Position numbers and translations under genes: made by a program. A stretch of DNA of 64,000 bases, from assembly GCA_017631855.1 (NCBI GenBank), contig JAGBSP010000004.1:81-64080 (forward strand), given 5' to 3'. The stretch is from Clostridia bacterium (lineage in GTDB: Bacteria; Bacillota; Clostridia; Oscillospirales; CAG-272). Numbering within the stretch: the first letter of the stretch is position 1; each line of letters opens with the position of its first letter. The notes under the pieces are model-generated. The model was not told where the DNA came from, did no database searches, and saw nothing but the letters and a program-made list of their open reading frames with translations. This document shows positions 9,229 through 17,844 of the stretch, in pieces.

Positions 9229-9564
9229 TTAGCGAGCGTTGTTCTGCTTGTTCTGAGAATTGTTCTGATTCTGATTGTTCTGCTTGTTCTGATTCTGATT
9301 GTTTTGATTCTGATTGTTTTGATTCTGATTGTTCTGATTGTTCTGATTCTTGTTGTTTTGATTATTCTGAGAGTTGTTTTGGTTCTGATTGTTGTACTGC
9401 ATCTTCAGCTCCGTTTCTCCGTCGACAGAAAAATAAGAATAACAGTCGTAGGTCGACGGAACAGGACTGTTAAAGCACATCACACGTAACGTCGTAACGT
9501 CCGTGGGAAGTACGACGTTAGTATGTGCCACAACCCTTGGCAATATACAGTTTTCTAAAAACAA
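9229..9564 (-). CDS. hypothetical small protein with a C-terminal Asn/Gln-only tract
   Basis: This is the ORF envelope. Possible starts are TTG 9564 (3 nt after the upstream stop), ATG 9480, or ATG 9402 (GGAG 6 nt upstream). It is co-directional with the upstream genes and followed by a terminator. The start, and even coding status, are uncertain. Confidence 0.45.
   Translation of the reverse strand: MFLENCILPRVVAHTNVVLPTDVTTLRVMCFNSPVPSTYDCYSYFSVDGETELKMQYNNQNQNNSQNNQNNKNQNNQNNQNQNNQNQNNQNQNKQNNQNQNNSQNKQNNAR
9238..9393. repeat. imperfect tandem repeat, unit about 15 nt (gattctgattgtt[c/t]t), in frame
   Basis: Direct reading of 9238-9393. It encodes the N/Q tract on the minus strand and an L/I/V tract on the plus strand. 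Confidence 0.8.
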
Positions 9565-9567
9565 AGT

Positions 9568-11001
9568 TTATTCCAACATATATTTTTCTTCAATTGCCGA
9601 TAAAACCAAAGACATCGCACGAATGAACAATCCTATACAAAAGGCAAGAAGCACAATATTGATCGTTTTCAACCAACCATAATGGTTCTGAATATTACTA
9701 AACGTGCCAAAGATTGCCTCGCCATCGACATAAAGTCCACTAAGCATTGGAGCAAAAATGTCATAACATATATCCGATATGCCATAGAGGACGGCAGAAA
9801 TCATAGCAAAAAAGACCGGTCGACGAAGCTCCTTATGTAGCTCTTTTTCCATAGATATGATTCGCTCGTCAATACGCTCTCTCCCAATCTCTGTTCCCGT
9901 ATGTGTTTTGATTGTTTGACACAATGCTCGGGTGACCAAATACACCACCCACAAAAACGAAAGAACCTTCAATAGATTACAAACCACGTAAGCGCTATAC
10001 AGAAGCATCGCCGTATCGTTTTTCACGATAGCGGTAAAGGAATAATTTATAAAAAACCTTTGTTCAAGCAAAAAAGATACAACAGAGGTCATCAAATAAA
10101 ATCCTGATGCTATCATCCACGGTGCTTTGGTGATAACAATGTTACGCGACAACGTAAGAAAAATAAACACCACAGCAATTGCTGAAAAAATATCAGGAAA
10201 TATTGTTACTCCATCCAAACGATAATCCATACTGAAAATCAACGCAAGGATCAAAAAAAGATACGAGAGCTTAAATCTTCTTTGGATAAATCTTCCAATC
10301 TTCGGCTGAACGTTAGTTTTGTAGGCACCGGATAACGAGGCGATTAGTGTTTTATCGTGACGAAAATGATAAAAATAGCGTTGCATACGGAAAAGCCAAA
10401 CAATTCCAAAAATCAAAACGACAAGAATGGCAAACCCACGCATCAATCCGATGTATCGATAAATATTGACAAATCCGCTATCTTCCTGATAGGAGGTATT
10501 CGAGAGATCGGCAAACTCGGGAAGCACCGTAAAAATCGATTTGATACAAATAAAGACAATGGTTACCTTCTTGATTCGATCGGTAGCACTTTTTCCTTTT
10601 TTCATAGTACCGAGAATAGAGGTGTTGGGATAGAAATAACCCAATTTTGAAATGCCATCAAAAAGCTTTGTGTAAGTTGGAAGCAAAAAAATCAACTCTA
10701 AGGTGGTAAAGACAAACGTCCAAAGCAATACCGAAGAGTTCTTTTCTCCCGTCACAGACATCGTAAACGTGATGAAGATGGCAAGCCATTTGGCGGCATC
10801 GACCCAAATCATTTTTCGAAAAATCGAAACCGCACTCTCAATTTCTTCATTTAAATCTACCAATTTAGAAAACGCCAGACAAAGGAAAATATATCCGACA
10901 AAATCAGGAAGAGGATCGATCAAATGTAGGGTCGGATTGAATAAAAAACATAACGCGAAAATAATCCAGGAAAGTCCCAAAAAATCTTTTGTTTGTTTCA
11001 T
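9568..11001 (-). CDS. hypothetical multipass membrane protein (477 aa)
   Basis: Many hydrophobic segments. The start overlaps the upstream stop (ATGA at 10998-11001). No family recognised. Confidence 0.8.
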   Translation of the reverse strand: MKQTKDFLGLSWIIFALCFLFNPTLHLIDPLPDFVGYIFLCLAFSKLVDLNEEIESAVSIFRKMIWVDAAKWLAIFITFTMSVTGEKNSSVLLWTFVFTTLELIFLLPTYTKLFDGISKLGYFYPNTSILGTMKKGKSATDRIKKVTIVFICIKSIFTVLPEFADLSNTSYQEDSGFVNIYRYIGLMRGFAILVVLIFGIVWLFRMQRYFYHFRHDKTLIASLSGAYKTNVQPKIGRFIQRRFKLSYLFLILALIFSMDYRLDGVTIFPDIFSAIAVVFIFLTLSRNIVITKAPWMIASGFYLMTSVVSFLLEQRFFINYSFTAIVKNDTAMLLYSAYVVCNLLKVLSFLWVVYLVTRALCQTIKTHTGTEIGRERIDERIISMEKELHKELRRPVFFAMISAVLYGISDICYDIFAPMLSGLYVDGEAIFGTFSNIQNHYGWLKTINIVLLAFCIGLFIRAMSLVLSAIEEKYMLE

Positions 11002-11666
11002 CTTTTTTTCCTTTCTTTCCTTTTATTAAGCTTTTCTTTTCGGTATGCTTCGGTTTCAGCTCTTGCTTTTTCTTCTCTGCGGTCAAATTCCTCACGAAAA
11101 TGATTTACCCACGCAAAGCGAGAGGGTTTTCTTGCCATTTCCGCGTCTTTTTCATCACAAATGTTCGCGTAGCATTGACCAAACAGAATCATATTTAAGA
11201 GTATACACGAGAAATACAAAATCAAGGAAATAATTCGCAGTTCTCCGCGCACTCTCTCAATCACGTCAAACGGAAGATATTCTAAAACACAAACAATGTA
11301 GTAAAAAGAAATGAAAATAAAATTCCGTATTGATGCATCCGCAAGCTTTTTCACGCCTGTTTCTCTCGAAATTTTCAAAATCGCGTACAGAAGTAAAGAG
11401 AGAAATACAAAAGAAAATCCCTGCTCTATATAGCCGATGATATCCTTATAGATTCCCGCAATATCGGTGTAAACAAATGCTCCCGAAACAAAAAGCATCC
11501 CAAGCGTTGTAAAGACAGAAAATTGAAACGCCCGATGATATTTTTGAAGCTTTAAGAGTGCCACGAAGATAATTCCGTATCCTAGAATTCGAAAAACGGA
11601 ACCGAGAGGATTTAACGTCATAAAATTTGCGACGAAATACCCGATAAAAAGTAATCCGAAGCCCAT
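10998..11666 (-). CDS. hypothetical multipass membrane protein (222 aa) with a K/R/E-rich tail
   Basis: Start moved to ATG 11666, which has an AGGAG RBS. The longer ORF overlaps the secA 3' end. The N-terminus resembles that of the 477-aa neighbour. Confidence 0.75.
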   Translation of the reverse strand: MGFGLLFIGYFVANFMTLNPLGSVFRILGYGIIFVALLKLQKYHRAFQFSVFTTLGMLFVSGAFVYTDIAGIYKDIIGYIEQGFSFVFLSLLLYAILKISRETGVKKLADASIRNFIFISFYYIVCVLEYLPFDVIERVRGELRIISLILYFSCILLNMILFGQCYANICDEKDAEMARKPSRFAWVNHFREEFDRREEKARAETEAYRKEKLNKRKERKKR

Positions 11667-11684
11667 ATTCTTACTCCTTTTTTG

Positions 11685-11715
11685 AGCGACACGATCCAAG
11701 ATGGATCGTGTCGCT
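11685..11715 (-). other. GC-rich 13-bp hairpin between secA and the membrane-protein cassette, with no U-tract
   Basis: agcgacacgatcc/ggatcgtgtcgct with a 5-nt loop. On the minus strand it is followed by CAAAAAAGGAG (the RBS), not a U-run. Confidence 0.5.
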
Positions 11716-11722
11716 ATCCAAT

Positions 11723-14479
11723 TTATTGCTGATTGTTCGCGGGAGCACCGCAACACTTTTTGTATTTTTTACCCGAGCCGCAAGGACAAAGATCATTTCT
11801 CCCCGTGGATTCCTCAGCACGGCGAACAACACTTACCTTTTTCGGCTTTTTCTGTTCGCTTCCTTCAAAGCCTTCCATGAGGGGTTTTGCCAACTGAACG
11901 CGCTTCATTTCAGGCGTATGAACGGTGACCGATAGAATCATACGAACCGTACGGTCACGAATGTCACTAACCATAGCATCAAACATATCCGCTCCCTGAA
12001 TACGGTATTCGTTGACAGGATCGCGCTGTGCATAGGACTGCAGGCGAATGCTGTCCTTGAGATCCTCCATCGCATCGATGTGATCCATCCAATTTCGGTC
12101 TACATTCTGCAAAAGCACCGAGCGCTCCAGCTCGCGGAAGCGTTCCTCTCCGACAAGCGCCTCTTTTTCGTGATACAGCGCCAGCGCACGGTCGCAAAGC
12201 TCCTCACAGATCGCGTCGCGCTTCACCTTCTTGAGCTCGTTTTCTTCATACTGGAAGTCCTCGGGCGTGGTCAAAATTCCCTTGTACGCTTCGCGAAGTC
12301 CCGTGAAATCCCAAAGCTCAGCTTCATCTCCGTGGAGATAGGTGTCTACGTTTTCACGAACGGTCGCCAAAATCATCTTTTGAACGGTATTGGTGATATC
12401 TTCACCGCGAAGAACGTCGTTTCTCTGCTTGTAAATGACGTTTCTCTGCTGATTCATTACGTCATCATAGGTAAGGACGTGCTTTCTGCGCTTGAAGTTC
12501 TGATCCTCAATTCTCTTTTGAGCGCCCTCAATTCGATTGGAAAGAATCTTAGCATCGATCGGCATATCGTCGGGAAGTCCCAAACGGTCAACGACTCCCA
12601 TCAAGTGCTCCGAACCAAACAAACGCATCAGATCGTCTTGCAACGAAAGATAAAATTTCGACTCACCGGGGTCGCCCTGACGTCCCGAACGACCGCGCAG
12701 CTGGTTATCAATTCGTCGGCTTTCGTGGCGCTCGGTACCGAGAATATACAAGCCGCCCGCTTCGCGAACCTGTTCTGCCTCGGGAGCGATTTCTTGCTTG
12801 AATTTCTCATACAGCTCTCGGAAAATCTTTCTGGCGTTCTGAATCTCTTCGTCGTCAATCTCCGCCGTACCCGTTGCCATTGCGATCAGATCGTCGTCAA
12901 TCTCCATTTTGCGCATTTCTTTTTTCGCCATATATTCGGCGTTACCGCCAAGCATAATGTCGGTTCCGCGTCCAGCCATATTGGTAGAGATCGTAACTGC
13001 GCCAAGCTTACCTGCCTGAGCCACGATTTCAGCCTCTCGGTCGTGGTATTTTGCATTCAGAACGGTATGCGCAATCCCATGCCGCTTGAGTCTGCGAGAA
13101 AGCTCCTCGGACTTATCGATCGAAACTGTACCGACAAGCACAGGCTGTCCTTTTTCGTGACATTTTATAATCTGCTGAATCACGGCATCGTATTTTCCTT
13201 CTACCGTCTTATACACGGCATCCGAATGATCACGACGAATCATCGGACGGTTCGTCGGAATTTCAATCACGTCAAGTCCGTAAATTTCACGGAATTCAAG
13301 ATCCTCGGTCAGCGCCGTACCCGTCATACCCGAAAGCTTCGAATACATTCTGAAATAGTTCTGGAAGGTAATCGTTGCCAGCGTCTTGTTTTCTTTTTCG
13401 ATACGGACGCCTTCCTTGGCTTCGATGGCTTGATGCAGTCCGTTCGAATAACGTCTGCCGGGCATCAAACGACCGGTAAACGCGTCAACGATCATAACGC
13501 CCTGATCGTTCACTACGTAATCCACGTCGCGCTTCATAATACCGTGTGCGCGAATGGCTTGATTGATATGGTGCGCAATCTCGGAGTTTTCGGGATCGGA
13601 GAGATTGTTAATAGCAAAAAACTCTTCCGCTTTCTTCGCGCCGTTCGGCGTCAGAATCGCGTTGTTTGCCTTTTCGTCTACAATATAGTCGGCATCGATA
13701 TCGTCATAGCTTTCCTTGGAATCCATTTCCTTGATGACGAATTTTCGCATCTTTCTTGCAACCGCATCGGCACGGTCGTACAGATCGGTCGACTTTTCGC
13801 CGGCACCCGAAATGATCAGAGGGGTTCTTGCCTCGTCAATCAAGATCGAGTCCACCTCGTCAACGATGGCAAAATTGTGTCCGCGCTGTACCATATTTTC
13901 CTGATAAACCACCATATTGTCGCGCAGATAATCAAATCCGAATTCGTTGTTGGTTCCGTAGGTAATGTCCGCCGCATAGGACTCTCTCTTTTGCGAGGGA
14001 GTCAAGCCGTGCGCAACAAGTCCCGTGCGAAGTCCCATAAATTCAAATACTCTGCCCATTTCCTCGCTGTCACGGCGCGCAAGGTAGTCGTTTACCGTAA
14101 CAACGTGAACACCTTTTCCCGTCAATGCATTCAAATAGGCGGGCATTGTAGCAACAAGCGTCTTACCTTCACCCGTTTTCATTTCGGCAATTCTGCCCTG
14201 ATGGAGAATGATACCGCCGATGATCTGTACGCGGAACGGACGCTTTCCGAGAATACGGTCGTCTGCCTCACGAATCGCGGCGTACGCATCCGCCATAATA
14301 TCCTCCAAGGTTTCTCCCTCAGCAAGGCGCGCCTTCAAAAGCTCGGTCGTTCCAGAGAGCTCCTCGTTCGACATTGCCGCATACTTCGGCGCCAAGGATT
14401 CAATATAGTCTACGAATTTATCTATTTTCTTTAACTGTCTTTCGCTATACGTACCAAAGAGTTTGTTTCCGAGTCCCAT
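11723..14479 (-). CDS. secA: preprotein translocase ATPase SecA
   Basis: Start at MGLGNKLFG (ATG 14479) with a GGAGG RBS. It has the DEAD-like motor motifs and a C-terminal zinc motif CPCGSGKKYKKCCG. Confidence 0.96.
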   Translation of the reverse strand: MGLGNKLFGTYSERQLKKIDKFVDYIESLAPKYAAMSNEELSGTTELLKARLAEGETLEDIMADAYAAIREADDRILGKRPFRVQIIGGIILHQGRIAEMKTGEGKTLVATMPAYLNALTGKGVHVVTVNDYLARRDSEEMGRVFEFMGLRTGLVAHGLTPSQKRESYAADITYGTNNEFGFDYLRDNMVVYQENMVQRGHNFAIVDEVDSILIDEARTPLIISGAGEKSTDLYDRADAVARKMRKFVIKEMDSKESYDDIDADYIVDEKANNAILTPNGAKKAEEFFAINNLSDPENSEIAHHINQAIRAHGIMKRDVDYVVNDQGVMIVDAFTGRLMPGRRYSNGLHQAIEAKEGVRIEKENKTLATITFQNYFRMYSKLSGMTGTALTEDLEFREIYGLDVIEIPTNRPMIRRDHSDAVYKTVEGKYDAVIQQIIKCHEKGQPVLVGTVSIDKSEELSRRLKRHGIAHTVLNAKYHDREAEIVAQAGKLGAVTISTNMAGRGTDIMLGGNAEYMAKKEMRKMEIDDDLIAMATGTAEIDDEEIQNARKIFRELYEKFKQEIAPEAEQVREAGGLYILGTERHESRRIDNQLRGRSGRQGDPGESKFYLSLQDDLMRLFGSEHLMGVVDRLGLPDDMPIDAKILSNRIEGAQKRIEDQNFKRRKHVLTYDDVMNQQRNVIYKQRNDVLRGEDITNTVQKMILATVRENVDTYLHGDEAELWDFTGLREAYKGILTTPEDFQYEENELKKVKRDAICEELCDRALALYHEKEALVGEERFRELERSVLLQNVDRNWMDHIDAMEDLKDSIRLQSYAQRDPVNEYRIQGADMFDAMVSDIRDRTVRMILSVTVHTPEMKRVQLAKPLMEGFEGSEQKKPKKVSVVRRAEESTGRNDLCPCGSGKKYKKCCGAPANNQQ

Positions 14480-14600
14480 CCTAAGACCTCCAAAAAATAT
14501 ATTCATATTATTATACTACATTTTTGACTTTTTTTCAAGAGGTTTATCGTTGTAGCGCAGGAAATGATTGTAAACTTTTTTCTTTTTCTCGCCAAATCTC

Positions 14601-14629
14601 TTGCAAAGATGGGAAAAAGGGACTATAAT
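14601..14629 (+). promoter_or_regulatory. sigma-A-type promoter for trmL-mnmA
   Basis: TTGCAA (14601-14606), 17-nt spacer, TATAAT (14624-14629). Confidence 0.5.
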
Positions 14630-14658
14630 ATTCTTATACTAAGAAAAAGAGTGGTATT

Positions 14659-15171
14659 ATGAAGAAAATTAACATTGTTTTACACGAACCCGAAATTCCG
14701 CAAAATACGGGAAATATCGCAAGAACCTGTGCCGCAACGGGTGCGGCGTTGCACATCATCCGTCCAATGGGCTTTGAAATCGATGACAAAAAGCTCAAGC
14801 GTGCAGGTCTGGATTATTGGGACAAGCTGGATATTACTTATTACGAGAATTACGAGGAGTTCCTCACAAAAAATCCCGAAGCAGCGGAGAAAATCTACTA
14901 TTTTACAACCAAAGCACCGCGCGCGTATACAGAAGTTTCTCCCTATCCCGACGGAGCATTTATTATATTTGGCAAAGAATCCCGCGGGATTCCCGAAGAA
15001 ATTCTTTGCAAAAATTACGAACGGTGCGTTCGTATTCCGATGAGAAACACCATTCGCTCACTCAACCTTTCTAATTCGGTTGCAATTGCCGTCTTTGAAA
15101 TCCTTCGCCAATGGGATTTTGAAGGACTTCGCGAGGACGGCGAGCTCGCAAGACTCGAATGGGAACGCTGA
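14659..15171 (+). CDS. trmL: tRNA (cytidine/uridine-2'-O-)-methyltransferase TrmL (SpoU family)
   Basis: 170 aa, SpoU/TrmL-like (HEPEIPQNTGNIARTC...LNLSNSVAI). Confidence 0.9.
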   Translation: MKKINIVLHEPEIPQNTGNIARTCAATGAALHIIRPMGFEIDDKKLKRAGLDYWDKLDITYYENYEEFLTKNPEAAEKIYYFTTKAPRAYTEVSPYPDGAFIIFGKESRGIPEEILCKNYERCVRIPMRNTIRSLNLSNSVAIAVFEILRQWDFEGLREDGELARLEWER

Positions 15172-15182
15172 AAGAGGTAGCT

Positions 15183-16229
15183 ATGACAAAGAAAAAGGTT
15201 CTTGTCGCAATGAGTGGCGGAATCGACAGCTCGGTTTGTGCTCATTTGATTCAAACAATGGGCTACGAGGCTGCGGGAATTACGATGCAGCTTTGGGGGA
15301 GCGATCCGACAAATTCTCGGGATGCCAAGAAAATCTCCGATCGCTTATCGATGTCGCACGATACGCTCATCCTCAACGATGCGTTTCAATCCTGCGTGGT
15401 CGACCGTTTTATCTCAGACTATATCGCAGGTCTTACCCCAAATCCTTGTGTAGAATGCAACCGATGCTTAAAATTCGGAAAGCTTTTTGAAATCGCAATG
15501 GAACGCGGCTTTGATTTTCTTGCCACGGGACACTATGCCAAGATTGAGCAGAACGAGAACGGAGAGTGGCAGCTCAAAAAAGCGGCAGACGCCGCCAAGG
15601 ATCAATCCTATTTCCTTTGGTCGATCAAAAAAGAGGCACTTCCCTATCTGATTCTTCCGCTTGGATCTTATACCAAAGCAGACATCCGAAAGATTGCCGA
15701 AGAACAGCATTTTGAGAACGCGCACCGCTCTGACAGCCAAGATATTTGCTTTATTCCCGACGGAGATTATGCGTCATTTATTCAATCGCAAACGGGACAA
15801 AGCTTTCCTAAAGGAAAATTTATCGATCCCGACGGCAAGGTTCTCGGTGAGCATCAAGGTCTGATTCATTATACCGTGGGACAGCGCAAGGGACTTGGCA
15901 TTGCGCTTGGTCACCCCGCCTTTGTTGCCTCCAAAAACGTCGCAAAAAACACGGTAACGATTACGACCGATGCAGAGCTGTATCGAACCGAGCTCACTGC
16001 TACGAAGCTGAATTTCCTGTGTGAGAGGGATCTTAGCGACGGCATTCGTGTTTCTGCGAAGATCCGCTACCGACATACGCCCGCCATCGCAACGCTGACA
16101 CGAATCGCAGAGGATCGGGTGAAGCTTGTGTTTGATGAGCCGCAACGGGCAATTGCTCCCGGACAGTCGGTTGTCTTTTATGAGGATGACGTTGTTCTTG
16201 GCGGCGGAATTATTGAACAAAATTTTTGA
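15183..16229 (+). CDS. mnmA: tRNA 2-thiouridine(34) synthase MnmA
   Basis: Start at MTKKKVLVAMSGGIDSS, which carries the PP-loop SGGIDS. MnmA-typical sequence throughout. Confidence 0.95.
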   Translation: MTKKKVLVAMSGGIDSSVCAHLIQTMGYEAAGITMQLWGSDPTNSRDAKKISDRLSMSHDTLILNDAFQSCVVDRFISDYIAGLTPNPCVECNRCLKFGKLFEIAMERGFDFLATGHYAKIEQNENGEWQLKKAADAAKDQSYFLWSIKKEALPYLILPLGSYTKADIRKIAEEQHFENAHRSDSQDICFIPDGDYASFIQSQTGQSFPKGKFIDPDGKVLGEHQGLIHYTVGQRKGLGIALGHPAFVASKNVAKNTVTITTDAELYRTELTATKLNFLCERDLSDGIRVSAKIRYRHTPAIATLTRIAEDRVKLVFDEPQRAIAPGQSVVFYEDDVVLGGGIIEQNF

Positions 16230-16249
16230 GAAAGTAAAGGGTTTTCAAC

Positions 16250-17602
16250 GTGTCAACCGTATCTATTGACAAACATTATAAAAAAATGACCGAAACCTCG
16301 GTTGCCAAGCTGATCATTCGACTCGGTGTTCCAACGACGATTTCAATGCTGATTACGAGCATTTATAACCTTGTCGACACCTATTTTGTCGGAACGCTTG
16401 GAGAGAGTCAGCAAGCCGCCACAGGTATTCTCTTTTCCCTGCAAACCATCATCCAAGCCATCGCCTTTATGCTTGGACACGGCTCGGGAACCTTTGTTGC
16501 AAAGGCTCTTGCGGACAAAAACAAAAAAGAAGCCACCGAATACGTATCCAGTGCCTTCTTTACGGGTGCGATTGCGGGACTTGTGTTGCTTGTTGGAGGA
16601 ATGTGTACATTAAAGCCGCTGATGCGTCTCTTGGGAAGTACCGAAACCATTCTTCCGTACGCCTGCGATTACGGATTTTGGGTGCTGGTCGCTTGCCCAT
16701 TTTTGATTTGCTCGATGATTCTCAATAACAATCTCCGTTATGAAGGAAAAGCGTTTTATGCGATGATCGGCTTAACGACAGGCGGGGTGCTGAATATTTT
16801 CGGAGACTATCTTCTGATTCGTGTATTCAACCTCGGTGTCTTTGGCGCAGGTATGGCAACGGCAATTTCGCAGATCGTCAGCTTTTTCATCCTTTTGATC
16901 CTCTATAAAAAGATGGCACAAGGCTCGATTTCGATTCGCGCAATGAGCCGAAAGGCTTCGCTCTATCTTTCCATTGCAAAGGTAGGATTCCCGTCGCTGA
17001 TCCGTCAGGGTCTTACCTCACTTTCCAACGGTCTTCTCAACAACCTCACCAAACCCTTTGGCGACGCGGCGATTGCCGCAATGAGTGTCGTTGGACGATT
17101 CTATATGCTCGTGCTCTGTGTCGGTCTTGGTATCGGACAAGGTTTTCAGCCAGTGGCATCCTTCAACTATCAGGCAAAGAAATACAAACGAGTCAGACAA
17201 GGACTCATTTTCACCTCGGTTCTTGGATTTGCCGTTGTTGCAGTGCTTTCCACAATCTCGCTTGTTTTTGCTGAACAAATTGTGTATCTCTTCCAGCCAA
17301 GCGAAGCCGCTGTCCGTATCGGCGCGCCCGCATTGCGCTATGCATGTCTCGGACTTCTTGCAATGCCGCTTTCGGTTCCCATCAATATGCTTTATCAAAG
17401 CATCCGAAAGGCGGGCACGGCATCCTTTTTGTCGATTCTTCGATCGGGACTTGCCTTTATTCCCGTGCTTCTGATTGGCGTGCATTTCTTCGGAATTCTC
17501 GGAATTCAGATCGCACAGCCCGTTGGCGATATTCTCACGGGATTGATATCTGTTCCGTTTATCATTCACTTTATGAAAAAGACTCCAAACGAGGATTTAT
17601 AA
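16250..17602 (+). CDS. MATE family efflux transporter
   Basis: 450 aa, about 12 TM segments, MATE-like N-terminus (KLIIRLGVPTTISMLITSIYNLVDTYFVG). The GTG start is uncertain; ATG 16286 is an alternative. Confidence 0.88.
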   Translation: MSTVSIDKHYKKMTETSVAKLIIRLGVPTTISMLITSIYNLVDTYFVGTLGESQQAATGILFSLQTIIQAIAFMLGHGSGTFVAKALADKNKKEATEYVSSAFFTGAIAGLVLLVGGMCTLKPLMRLLGSTETILPYACDYGFWVLVACPFLICSMILNNNLRYEGKAFYAMIGLTTGGVLNIFGDYLLIRVFNLGVFGAGMATAISQIVSFFILLILYKKMAQGSISIRAMSRKASLYLSIAKVGFPSLIRQGLTSLSNGLLNNLTKPFGDAAIAAMSVVGRFYMLVLCVGLGIGQGFQPVASFNYQAKKYKRVRQGLIFTSVLGFAVVAVLSTISLVFAEQIVYLFQPSEAAVRIGAPALRYACLGLLAMPLSVPINMLYQSIRKAGTASFLSILRSGLAFIPVLLIGVHFFGILGIQIAQPVGDILTGLISVPFIIHFMKKTPNEDL

Positions 17603-17609
17603 AAAGCAC

Positions 17610-17637
17610 AACCGCTCAGGGTTTAACCTGAGCGGTT
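17610..17637. terminator. hairpin terminator between the MATE gene and the convergent tadA operon
   Basis: aaccgctcagg/cctgagcggtt with a 6-nt loop. Confidence 0.6.
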
Positions 17638-17640
17638 TGC

Positions 17641-17844
17641 TTATTCTTGCAAGCTCTTATAATAAAGCATACAGTGGCAAAATCCTTCAAAGTTCGGATC
17701 CTTGATCTGCTCCTTAAATTCCTTACACATACATTTATTATCTTCGGTCTTTTCTCTGCGGCAAGGACAGTATCCTCCGCTTTGCTCCAGACCCGTTTGA
17801 ATCATACGAACGATCCCCTCATCGGGATTCAATGTAATTTTCAT
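17641..17844 (-). CDS. small ferredoxin-thioredoxin-reductase catalytic-subunit-like protein (67 aa)
   Basis: The Cys pattern CPCR...CMC...CHC is typical of the FTR catalytic domain. The start overlaps the tadA stop (ATGA). Confidence 0.7.
   Translation of the reverse strand: MKITLNPDEGIVRMIQTGLEQSGGYCPCRREKTEDNKCMCKEFKEQIKDPNFEGFCHCMLYYKSLQE

Noticed and set aside
9178-9489. A plus-strand ORF encoding an almost pure Leu/Ile/Val stretch, the complement of the N/Q repeat.
   Set aside because: Its ATG lies inside the terminator hairpin of the minus-strand operon, and there is no RBS. It runs against the direction of all neighbouring genes, and about 60 consecutive L/I/V residues are not membrane-protein-like. 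It is kept only as a caveat on strand assignment in the N/Q finding.
11667-11756. The N-terminal extension of the 222-aa membrane protein into the secA 3' end.
   Set aside because: It runs through the secA stop and the intergenic hairpin. ATG 11666 has an AGGAG RBS.
12080-14434. A 784-codon open frame on the plus strand, antisense to secA.
   Set aside because: It lies entirely within, and frame-locked opposite to, an unmistakable secA. Its translation is low-complexity and R/L/V/F-rich with no recognisable motif, start context or RBS. The openness is explained by secA avoiding TTA, CTA and TCA codons (codon bias), not by a second gene.
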